Notes: a model not told the origin generated them from the letters alone. Shown: positions 8,209 to 16,048, counted from the stretch's first letter. The stretch: 64,000 nt of DNA from Defluviitaleaceae bacterium (GCA_009778165.1 WRKF01000188.1:61-64060); one strand, 5' to 3'. Program-made: numbers and translations.

Positions 8209-9844
8209 CTACTAAAAGCTCTGTTTCAACACCTTGGCTTTCAGATACCGCTCTCACTTTTAGCATATTATCTTGCCCCACAGTAAACATTACTTTCACT
8301 TTTTCGGTTCCTTTTGGGGCTTTTGGTATACCTTGCAATGTAGTTCCCGCAAGGCGTTTCATGCCATTCCTGTTTATGGATTTATCTTCTGTTGGGGATG
8401 TATCCTCATACACAACGATTGCCATACTTGTTACATCGTCAAAGTTTGTGGGGAACTCTTCTGTAGATTCTATCGTTAGCCCCGTGCTGGGAATTTCTAT
8501 CCCTGCCCCAACTATTTCAAAAAACTTGCGCCCGGCTATTTCCAAACCAAGGGGGTGCAGGGTTTTTTCTTTTATTTTCGGCCCCGTTGCGGTTGGAGAC
8601 AAAATCAAATTGGCATACGTTGCCGCCCCAAGAGATATGCTTAGTGCAGGGGATATTTTTGAACGGTGAGGCTCTTTTCCAAACTTTTCTAATATTTTTT
8701 GGCTAACCAGTGTTATGGAAGAAGAACCGCCAACCAAAAATATTTCATCTACTTGAGATATTCCGGCAGAATTAACACAATTATCTATACATTGTATAGT
8801 AATATCCAAAATATCCCGCAAGTTTTTGCCTTTATACCTTTCAAAATCTTGCGTAGCATCCCCCAGTTGATTTATACGACGGTGATTCTCAAACTCCTCT
8901 CTTGTTATCTCCATATTTATGTTTACTATTCTCGGTTCCTGCAAAAACGGAGTAAGGGTTATCTTTGTAGACTTAGCAAAGGAAAGCCTTTCTTTTGCTT
9001 GCCTGCTAACCTGCTCAAGCCTTGCCACCGCCATCTTTTTTTGGCGATAAATATGGGGGGATTCATCTTCTGCAAAAAGGTCGATTTCTCCTTTCGTTTG
9101 CTTTTTGAACTCTTCGTAAACCATGTCCATTATAAACTTATCTATATCATCTCCTCCCAAATCGTTATCTCCGTATGTGCTAAGGATAGATATAATAGGC
9201 TCTGCTCCCTCTGTTGCTTCTATGTTAATTACACAAGCATCAAAAGTACCGCCGCCAAAGTCGTACACAAGCAAGTTTTTGTTTGCGTCTTCCCCAAGGG
9301 CATATGTTATGGCAGCAGCAGCAGGCTCTAACCGCAAAAAAGTTTTATTTGTGTCAAATCCGGCTAAAATAGCCGCATCTTTCGTCATTTTTCGCTGTTT
9401 GTCAGTAGAATTTGCGGGAACGGTTATAACGCAGCCGGTAAACTCGCAAGGAGTGAGCAACTCTTCTTCCAAATATTCTTGAGCTTTTTCTCGTAAATAG
9501 GATAAAATCTCCGCTGCTATCTCCTCCGGGGTAAAATTGTGGTGTATATCGTCTACCAAAATACTTATCTTTTTGCCGGAACCCAGTCGGCGCTTTATGC
9601 TAAGCACAGTGCTTTCCGGATAAATCGCCGCAGCTTCTTTCGCTTGCACCCCAAAAACTTTTGCCAATTTGTTTTCTTCTTCCAAATCCGGCTCAAACAT
9701 AATGGCGGTGGGGAAAATGTTGCTGCCATCTATTGGTATGATTTGCGGCTCATCATCTATGTATACACTAACGACGCAGTTGGTTGTACCAAAGTCTATT
9801 CCCAAAACTAACTCTTGGTGTTGCTCTAAAGATATTTTTCCCAT
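8195..9844 (-). CDS. Hsp70 family chaperone, short form (NBD plus SBD-beta, no helical lid)
   Basis: GIDFGTTNCVVSV, LVYDFGGGTFDACV, IFLVGGSSSITLV, and SBD-beta signature LQGIPKAPKGTEKVKVMFTVGQDNMLKVRA. The 549-aa protein ends ~20 aa after the beta domain (...ELLVDELY). Confidence 0.9.
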   Translation of the reverse strand: MGKISLEQHQELVLGIDFGTTNCVVSVYIDDEPQIIPIDGSNIFPTAIMFEPDLEEENKLAKVFGVQAKEAAAIYPESTVLSIKRRLGSGKKISILVDDIHHNFTPEEIAAEILSYLREKAQEYLEEELLTPCEFTGCVITVPANSTDKQRKMTKDAAILAGFDTNKTFLRLEPAAAAITYALGEDANKNLLVYDFGGGTFDACVINIEATEGAEPIISILSTYGDNDLGGDDIDKFIMDMVYEEFKKQTKGEIDLFAEDESPHIYRQKKMAVARLEQVSRQAKERLSFAKSTKITLTPFLQEPRIVNINMEITREEFENHRRINQLGDATQDFERYKGKNLRDILDITIQCIDNCVNSAGISQVDEIFLVGGSSSITLVSQKILEKFGKEPHRSKISPALSISLGAATYANLILSPTATGPKIKEKTLHPLGLEIAGRKFFEIVGAGIEIPSTGLTIESTEEFPTNFDDVTSMAIVVYEDTSPTEDKSINRNGMKRLAGTTLQGIPKAPKGTEKVKVMFTVGQDNMLKVRAVSESQGVETELLVDELY

Positions 9845-9906
9845 TTTTTTGCCCCTTTTTGTATTTTTATGCTTTTATTTTGTGTTTTAGTATCATAATG
9901 TTTTAG

Positions 9907-9938
9907 TATCATAGTATCATAGTATCATAGTATCACAA
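9907..9938. repeat. 8-nt microsatellite (TATCATAG)x3 plus a degenerate fourth unit
   Basis: TATCATAG occurs at 9907, 9915 and 9923, then TATCACAA overlaps the stop codon of the 892-aa gene. It is preceded by a 15-nt direct repeat GTTTTAGTATCATA(A/G) at 9885 and 9900. Confidence 0.85.
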
Positions 9939-12611
9939 CAACTTAAACTTTACAGCTTCCTTTGGTCGATACATGCCATATAGCAGTTTCTCCATTTCAT
10001 CGTGCTTAAACATCTCAAAATAGATTAGTGCATTATTTATTGCAAAAAATTCATTTGCCGGGTTTAGCTCAAAATTATCGTCAAGGGGCTTTAAATCTAC
10101 CCTTTCGTTTTTGTATAACATAGTCTCGCTTTTTTTTTCTTTATCCTCAAAGTAGTATGACACTTTCTCGTTGTAAAAAATAGGGAAGCTAGTGGTATAT
10201 ATACCAAATTTAAAGTAATTCATTTGTGTTTTTGTATATTTTTTTTCACCACCTGTTTTTGTGTGTATATTTGTATGTATATATATTTTTTTTCCTGCAT
10301 CTGCTGTGTATGATATACAATAGAGTCCTTGCTGCATATCTGTTAAATGTTCCCTTGCACGCTCCATAAATATTGGCAAAAACATGTTGCTAAGCTCTAA
10401 ATTTTTCATTGCCTCTTTTAAAATTTTTTCGCCCTCTTCCTCTTTACTATTTATCGCCAATATTGCTAAAGCTATAATCAAAACTATATCTTCTTTTTTT
10501 CCGTATATTTCTTTAAGAACATCTATCACATTTTGTGGTAAATCTATTTCTTCTACTATAGTCTTGTAGCACAAATAGTATACAAAATCATCTACAACAT
10601 TGCTGTTTTGCAAATGCGAAGAGGAGTAGGCTCGCAAAAACACCTGTAGCACATCTAAAGAAATATGACGCATATAAATCGCCGCATTTAAAACTTTTTC
10701 ATCTAACCGGGAATTGCTGATTTGATGCTCGTTTAAAACGTCGCTAAGTTTGCACCACTCATGTATGGAACCTTTGTAATAGTCCAATACTGTCTTTAAA
10801 AATGTTTCGCTATAATAACCTTTTATCAGCAATTCATATATAGTGCCGGATATTAACGGCCGTATATCAACCTTAAATATCGGTTTGTATTTTTTAGGGT
10901 TTTCTTGGGCTTGCAACAAGGTTTCTATGCTTTCGCACAATACTGTTTCCGTAATATTTCGCGAGTTGCCTTGTATGAGTTTTATGACTTGTTGATATTC
11001 GTTGTTAGCCATAAATACCTTAAACATGGTCTCTATATGTCGTGGCTCAAGATTCCCCGGGTCAATTTCTTTGTAATATTCCAGTGCCCTTTCTATATGA
11101 TTAAGTTTAAAAAGGACGTTGCCGAGGGTTTGAGCTATTTGCATACGGAAATGGTTGGACAAACCCGCTGTTTTCATTGCTCGTCTTAATATAATTGTGC
11201 ATTCCTCTGTTTGCGCACCTTCGTGTATATAATGGTCGGCGATAGCTGTTAAAAGCCCCGTTCCGGTGTGTCCCTTTTTGTAAAGATAGTTATATAGCCA
11301 AAAATCCTCTTGCACTTGTTCTTGTAATTTGGGTTCTTCGTCTATTATACTTTTTTTGCTTTGATCCAGGCACAATATTCTAAAGTGTTTAGATGTTATC
11401 CGTACCAACGCTTCGCCCCTACCACTGCTCCAGTCCAACTGATAAGATGTTGGCTCTGCTCTGGTTTGCTCGCTTATCCATACATGAGCCACTTTGGGGT
11501 TTGTTGTTGTTAGTTTATGTAAAAAAAGTGAGCTTGCGATACTTGATTCCATTACGTTAACAGCTTTGCCGGATATTTTGCTTTTGTCCTTGTTGTTTTC
11601 CAGTGTGTAACGGAACAGTGTGTTGTAATATCTCTGATCCTTTGAAGAAATGTCCGTAGAGGCTCCGTGTAATGCTAATGCAACAATATCTTCACTCATG
11701 TTGTAAGTATCTACTAAATCTCTCAAATGAGGTAAAGTTAAAAGTATGTGAAACACAAAGGGTCGTATATCTATTGGCACCGGGGTAGCTCGGTTCATAA
11801 AATTTTCCACAGAAAAACGGCATATATCCTCTTTTTTGTTTATGTATGCACTATATATTAGAGCATTGTTAAACTCTTGCTCATATATTTGCTTGGCGGA
11901 CAGTTTATTGTAAAACTCATATGCCATTGAGCTATAATCGCCTTTGCTTAGCAATACTTTACATATTTCCAACAAAAGCCAGTCAGAGGTATCGTTATCC
12001 ACCTTTTCATATATTTCCATAAAGAGAAAAATATTGTCCCATATCTCTTCTGTTATTAACCGTTCATTTGCTTGCAACATTTCTGCGGTTAGCAGATTGT
12101 GAGCGTTTGCCCATTTCAAAAACGCAAGCAACAAGGCACTTTTGTAATATCTGCGCCCTTTTTTGAAAATTTTGTAAAAACAAAGATATAAAAATGGGCT
12201 ACGACAACCAGCCGTAAAGGCTTTGTCTAAGTAAGTATAGGCTATGCTAGGCTCGTTGTCTATATACATATAGCAGATATACTGGCTATAATCCTTTTTG
12301 AAAGCTAAGATTGCATCTTTAGATTTTTCGGCAACGCTTGAGTCCAATAAACCCAACAAAAAATTATAAAAGGCATAGGATTCCCCACCTTTATAAAAAT
12401 TGGCATATGGTTTAAAGGATGCCAGGATATCTTCAGCTACAGATGTATTACCTTTTTCTATTTCGAGTAATGCGGTATACAGATATAACCCCGTGTGAGC
12501 AGGGTGCTTTCTCGAAATATCTTTGGCTGCACTGTATGCTTTATCTAAACAGGCTTTATCGCCTAAAATGTATTGTATGTAATACTTGTGTATATCTATA
12601 ACCATTCGCAT
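9933..12611 (-). CDS. Large (892 aa) all-helical repeat protein, TPR-like by eye
   Basis: Long uninterrupted ORF rich in Y/L/A/K/E amphipathic segments (for example ALEYYKEIDPGNLEPRHIETMFKVFMANNEYQQVIKL), with no enzymatic motif. The last ~150 aa look beta-rich. The start overlaps the upstream stop as TAATG. Confidence 0.65.
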   Translation of the reverse strand: MRMVIDIHKYYIQYILGDKACLDKAYSAAKDISRKHPAHTGLYLYTALLEIEKGNTSVAEDILASFKPYANFYKGGESYAFYNFLLGLLDSSVAEKSKDAILAFKKDYSQYICYMYIDNEPSIAYTYLDKAFTAGCRSPFLYLCFYKIFKKGRRYYKSALLLAFLKWANAHNLLTAEMLQANERLITEEIWDNIFLFMEIYEKVDNDTSDWLLLEICKVLLSKGDYSSMAYEFYNKLSAKQIYEQEFNNALIYSAYINKKEDICRFSVENFMNRATPVPIDIRPFVFHILLTLPHLRDLVDTYNMSEDIVALALHGASTDISSKDQRYYNTLFRYTLENNKDKSKISGKAVNVMESSIASSLFLHKLTTTNPKVAHVWISEQTRAEPTSYQLDWSSGRGEALVRITSKHFRILCLDQSKKSIIDEEPKLQEQVQEDFWLYNYLYKKGHTGTGLLTAIADHYIHEGAQTEECTIILRRAMKTAGLSNHFRMQIAQTLGNVLFKLNHIERALEYYKEIDPGNLEPRHIETMFKVFMANNEYQQVIKLIQGNSRNITETVLCESIETLLQAQENPKKYKPIFKVDIRPLISGTIYELLIKGYYSETFLKTVLDYYKGSIHEWCKLSDVLNEHQISNSRLDEKVLNAAIYMRHISLDVLQVFLRAYSSSHLQNSNVVDDFVYYLCYKTIVEEIDLPQNVIDVLKEIYGKKEDIVLIIALAILAINSKEEEGEKILKEAMKNLELSNMFLPIFMERAREHLTDMQQGLYCISYTADAGKKIYIHTNIHTKTGGEKKYTKTQMNYFKFGIYTTSFPIFYNEKVSYYFEDKEKKSETMLYKNERVDLKPLDDNFELNPANEFFAINNALIYFEMFKHDEMEKLLYGMYRPKEAVKFKLL

Positions 12612-13801
12612 TACTTAAAGTCTCCCACCAGCAATTCTATATCTTGGAAGAATTTTTTGTCCCGATAATGGGATTTTACCCTTATAAAAGACTGAAAAAC
12701 AGGTTGCTTTCGTATGCTTTTTTGAGCCGTTTGCAACGTTGATAACCTTAAACCAAAGGGTATGGCTTCTTCTGTTTTTATTATATAAAGATTTTTGTCA
12801 AATTTTACAAAATTATCCCTTGGTGCTATTTCTATTCTAAGGGGTTCCTTTGTGTTATTTTTAATGTAAAGGAACAGATCATCTTTTATCCCCGCATAAT
12901 TCTTGTTTAATCTTATATCCACAAGGTTCAGCACCTGAGCTTTTATCTGCACTTCGCCCGTACCGGTTTCCAATGAAATTGTCCCGTATTGCACTCGTTT
13001 ATTTATCAATTTTCTATCTATCTCATAATCAATCTCTATTTCGTTGCTTTGTTTAAAATCTGCTGTTGTAACACTGCTTTTACGGAAAATAACCCAAGGA
13101 ACGTTACATTTCAGCGTTTCGTCAGTAAAGCCCTCGCCATGTCGTCGCACCCTAACTTTCCCTGTACAGGGTTCTATCTTAAATGGGTCAAGTGCCATTT
13201 GTATCTTTTCCTCATATAACGACGTTGTTGTGGGATTTTTTAGTTTATTTAGCACAAAAAAGTTATTTATACCCCTTTCTTTGTTTACATCATTTCTAAA
13301 TTGCTCATAAATATCTATATATTCATAATTGATGGTGTGTAACCATAGATAAAAATCATGTTTCATAAATATTTTTTTTGCAAAAGAAGGGTTTTGCACC
13401 CACAACTTGTAAAAGCTATCCATATCGTTAATGGAAAAACCCTCTGTAAAAAGAACGGGAGGCAGTACATTTATTATGAATTTTATTGTATGCTCGCCGC
13501 CGTTAGAAGCAATGGTGACATTTGTACAAATCTCTTTTGGGGCGTTGAGTGGAAGGTTAAGACTGTATCGTGTTTCTATGTTGTTGCCGTTAAAATGGGG
13601 TACATCAAAAACAACGGTGCTATTAGAATATATGCTCCCTTTTAAAGTGCCTGCACCAATATTTTCTATTATAATTTTACCTACACGCTCCTCTGTAGGA
13701 GAAGATTGTAGGTTGATTGTAGTTTCCCGCTGTTCAGATACTCCGTTGTGATTAACGGAAATAATGGGCAACTCGTTTTCAAAATAGTCCAATACATTCA
13801 T
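12611..13801 (-). CDS. Hypothetical 396-aa protein, beta-rich ends with a helical middle; first gene of the operon
   Basis: Uninterrupted ORF directly behind a near-consensus promoter and translationally coupled to the next gene. I recognise no motif. Confidence 0.6.
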   Translation of the reverse strand: MNVLDYFENELPIISVNHNGVSEQRETTINLQSSPTEERVGKIIIENIGAGTLKGSIYSNSTVVFDVPHFNGNNIETRYSLNLPLNAPKEICTNVTIASNGGEHTIKFIINVLPPVLFTEGFSINDMDSFYKLWVQNPSFAKKIFMKHDFYLWLHTINYEYIDIYEQFRNDVNKERGINNFFVLNKLKNPTTTSLYEEKIQMALDPFKIEPCTGKVRVRRHGEGFTDETLKCNVPWVIFRKSSVTTADFKQSNEIEIDYEIDRKLINKRVQYGTISLETGTGEVQIKAQVLNLVDIRLNKNYAGIKDDLFLYIKNNTKEPLRIEIAPRDNFVKFDKNLYIIKTEEAIPFGLRLSTLQTAQKSIRKQPVFQSFIRVKSHYRDKKFFQDIELLVGDFK

Positions 13802-13849
13802 AAACCTAACCTATTTTGTGATAAATACTCGTTGTTATACATACATACT

Positions 13850-13879
13850 ATTATACTACTATTTCATATTTTTTTGCAA
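13850..13879 (-). promoter_or_regulatory. Sigma-A type promoter of the Hsp70-cluster operon
   Basis: On the minus strand: TTGCAA (13879-13874), an 18-nt spacer, then TATAAT (13855-13850), about 50 nt upstream of ATG 13801. Confidence 0.6.
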
Positions 13880-13992
13880 GCACAAGCACAGAAAATTTCC
13901 GTGCATTTGTAAAGGTGCAACGAAAAAGTTCGAGAGTTTCAATTCGGTTTCAATTTGGTCTCGATTCTAAAAAAGTTAAACGCTACATTTCT

Positions 13993-14193
13993 CTCTTGTT
14001 TTGTCCATGCCAGCTGTTGTATAATGTTTTTATATTTCTCGGCACAAAAAAATTGCCTGATTTTTATTATTTTCTACTATTTTTTATTATAACAAGGCAT
14101 ACCTTAAATCAAAAATTCTACACTCACACATAGAGTCAGCTATAGAGTCAGCCATAGAGTCACACATCGAGTCTTCGTTAGTTCGCATTAGAA
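13993..14193 (-). repeat. Dispersed repeat family X, copy 2 (inverted relative to copy 1)
   Basis: The minus strand reads TTCTAATGCGAACTAACGAAGACTCGATGTGTGACTCTATGGCTGACTCTATAGCTGACTCTATGTGTGAG...[~55-nt AT-rich insertion]...AATTTTTTTGTGCCGAGAAATATAAAAACATTATACAACAGCTGGCATGGACAAAACAAGAG. It carries three tandem GACTCTATRGCT-like units. Confidence 0.8.
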
Positions 14194-14589
14194 AAGCCTC
14201 TCTAAAGGTGATTTTTAAAGGCTCAGCTAAGATTTTTCGCCATTCTAACCCTTGATCCAAAATCTTAGAAACGGGGAAAATGAAACACGGAATCGCTATA
14301 ATTTAAACCCAAATTCAAACTTAGAAATCAACTTTTCGGATTATAATTTTCGGCTTATAATTAATAAGGAAAAAATGCCGAACCCAAAAATCCTGTTTGT
14401 GGTATGCATCATTAACGATATTACGCAAAAACCGAAAAATATGTTGTGTAATATTATGCATTATTTTTTGCGACATTAATTCTCGAAAAATAATTTGTGT
14501 CAATGTGTATAATTTCGGATATATTGTTTCACAATACGTTGACATAAATAACAAAATTATATCGTTTTTCTTTTATGCATTATAATTAC

Positions 14590-14630
14590 AAAAAAGAAAA
14601 GGGGGGCGTGTTTACAACAAACACACCCCT
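14590..14630 (-). terminator. Rho-independent terminator of fliW-csrA
   Basis: The minus strand has GGGGTGTGTTTG-TTGT-AAACACGCCCC followed by CCTTTTCTTTTTTG, about 30 nt downstream of the csrA stop. Confidence 0.75.
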
Positions 14631-14661
14631 TCACATTAACACAAAATAAGTCTGTTTTAGC

Positions 14662-14886
14662 CTATTTTAGCTTGGTTAGATCTTTAAAAGTAGTTATATT
14701 CGCTTTGGCAGATTCCTTATTAGCTTCTACTATTTGATCATAAATCTCTTTTCTGTTTACCGGTATTTCTCTTGGGGCACTTATGCCAAGTTTAACTTGC
14801 TCACCTTGAATACTGATAACAACAATTTCTATATTATCAGAAATAATTATGGATTCTCCTTTTTTTCTTGTAAGAGCTAACATCAT
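14662..14886 (-). CDS. csrA: Carbon storage regulator CsrA
   Basis: [48 protein letters not shown]; 74 aa. It overlaps fliW by 4 nt. Confidence 0.95.
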   Translation of the reverse strand: MMLALTRKKGESIIISDNIEIVVISIQGEQVKLGISAPREIPVNRKEIYDQIVEANKESAKANITTFKDLTKLK

Positions 14887-15338
14887 TGCACCTGCTTTCT
14901 TTTTTGTATATCACCAAAAATTTTGTGACGTACCAAATATTCCTCGTTTTGGGCTACACATTGCATACCTTTTTGGGTTTTAGCATTAATAATGACGGGA
15001 GCCTTCAAATTTACAGTTATATCTTCAACGTTGTCGGGTATTGTCGCTATATTGTAAATAAAAAAATCACTTTTCTCATACTCTCCAATACTTGTTAGGT
15101 CAGTTTCAGAAATAGCAGGAGAATATTGAGGCATTATACTAAGTATATCTACAATAGGAAAAACAAGTTCCGGGTCTTTTATAGACTGTAGCCAACAAAA
15201 TGCACTGTTGTCATTATCTTCATCATGTATAACTATAAACTGGGTTTGGTCATGAAAAGCAGGTATGCCAGCCTCAAATTCAATAATCTTTTCTTTTGGT
15301 ATTTCTATTTCTCCGAAAAGGGGCGTTGTAATTATCAT
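14883..15338 (-). CDS. fliW: Flagellar assembly factor FliW (CsrA antagonist)
   Basis: 151-aa ORF with [19 protein letters not shown]...[18 protein letters not shown], in the typical fliW-csrA gene pair. Confidence 0.88.
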   Translation of the reverse strand: MIITTPLFGEIEIPKEKIIEFEAGIPAFHDQTQFIVIHDEDNDNSAFCWLQSIKDPELVFPIVDILSIMPQYSPAISETDLTSIGEYEKSDFFIYNIATIPDNVEDITVNLKAPVIINAKTQKGMQCVAQNEEYLVRHKIFGDIQKRKQVQ

Positions 15339-15390
15339 GTTTCATCCTCCCACTAATATTGTAAACAGCTTTTCTTGCATTTTCTTGCAC

Positions 15391-15430
15391 ATAGGTAAAT
15401 TATAACACACATAAGTAAATTATAACACAT
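15391..15430. repeat. Tandem 20-nt direct repeat in the fliW upstream region
   Basis: ATAGGTAAATTATAACACAC is followed by ATAAGTAAATTATAACACAT, and is preceded by TTTCTTGCA x2 (15371-15389). Confidence 0.85.
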
Positions 15431-15462
15431 TTTCAAAAAACACAAAAGAGGGTTATTAAAAT

Positions 15463-15501
15463 TTATCGGATTTATCGGCATAACAACTTCATGAAATTTT
15501 A
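15463..15501 (-). promoter_or_regulatory. Candidate SigD/FliA-type promoter for fliW-csrA
   Basis: The minus strand reads TAAA-N18-GCCGATAA (GCCGATAA at 15479-15472), followed by a second CCGATAA. The spacer is 2-3 nt longer than the B. subtilis TAAA-N14-16-GCCGATAT consensus. Confidence 0.3.
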
Positions 15502-15801
15502 TGGTATTATCTACTAGTTTAACAAAATGCTTATTGTGGTTCGTTGTGAAAATCAACAATAAATTAAAATTATTGGCCAATAATTTAGACATTTTTCTTA
15601 TTGCTAATTTTTTGTATTTATGCTAGAATACACAAAAATCATTTTATGAAAATTTTAAAACAACGTTTTTGTTCCTCCATACGCAAAAAAAATTCAAAAA
15701 AGTACTTGACATAAATCGAATCTTATATTACAATTATCAACGGTCGTTTTGGGATAGTTTCCTTTTGTGACACTTTCCTGTGGTGGATTAGTGTGCATTG
15801 T

Positions 15802-15887
15802 GGAGAGGTGTCCGAGTGGTTTAAGGAACTGGTCTTGAAAACCAGCGACTCCGAAAGGGGCCGTGGGTTCGAATCCCACCCTCTCCG
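15802..15887 (+). tRNA. tRNA-Ser (anticodon TGA)
   Basis: GGAGAGG acceptor pairs with CCTCTCC. The anticodon loop is CTTGAAA, with a long variable arm and T-arm GGGTTCGAATCCC. No CCA is encoded. Confidence 0.9.
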
Positions 15888-15913
15888 GTATGTAGCGGCC
15901 GAGTAGCCCATGT

Positions 15914-16001
15914 GGAGAAATACCCAAGTGGTTGAAGGGGCTCGCCTGGAAAGCGGGTAGGTCGTTAACCCGGCGCGAGGGTTCAAATCCCTCTTTCTCC
16001 G
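15914..16001 (+). tRNA. tRNA-Ser (anticodon GGA)
   Basis: GGAGAAA / TTTCTCC acceptor, anticodon loop CTGGAAA, long variable arm, T-arm GGGTTCAAATCCC. Confidence 0.9.
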
Positions 16002-16048
16002 CTTTATAGTTTTTTGGCAACACTTTTCAGAAACATGCAAATTTGTTT

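Noticed and set aside
8699-9482. Plus-strand ORFs of 210 and 119 aa inside the Hsp70 gene
   Set aside because: They are antisense shadow ORFs. The Hsp70 frame carries all the family motifs, whereas these do not resemble anything.
12480-12611. Possible J-domain at the N-terminus of the 892-aa protein (…AAKDISRKHPAHTG…)
   Set aside because: The tripeptide is HPA, not the invariant HPD. The surrounding sequence lacks the helix II/III J-domain pattern (…Y..LA..YHPDKN…). I found no HPD in any protein of the cluster.
13915-14133. 72-aa plus-strand ORF upstream of the Hsp70 operon
   Set aside because: It lies largely within repeat family X copy 2 and AT-rich sequence, with no RBS and no conservation with the other X copies in that frame.
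14252-14585. Three mutually overlapping ORFs (62-77 aa) in the AT-rich gap between repeat X and csrA
   Set aside because: The region is very AT-rich, the frames overlap on both strands, there is no RBS, and the products are low-complexity Ile/Asn/Lys/Phe-rich. It is more likely non-coding. The region does contain small direct repeats (TTTTCGG(A/C)TTATAATT x2) and a 10-bp stem (CTAAGATTTT/AAAATCTTAG), but nothing I can name.
15353-15592. 79-aa minus-strand ORF upstream of fliW
   Set aside because: It is AT-rich and low-complexity, spans the tandem repeats and the putative promoter, and has no RBS. I treated it as a regulatory or non-coding region.
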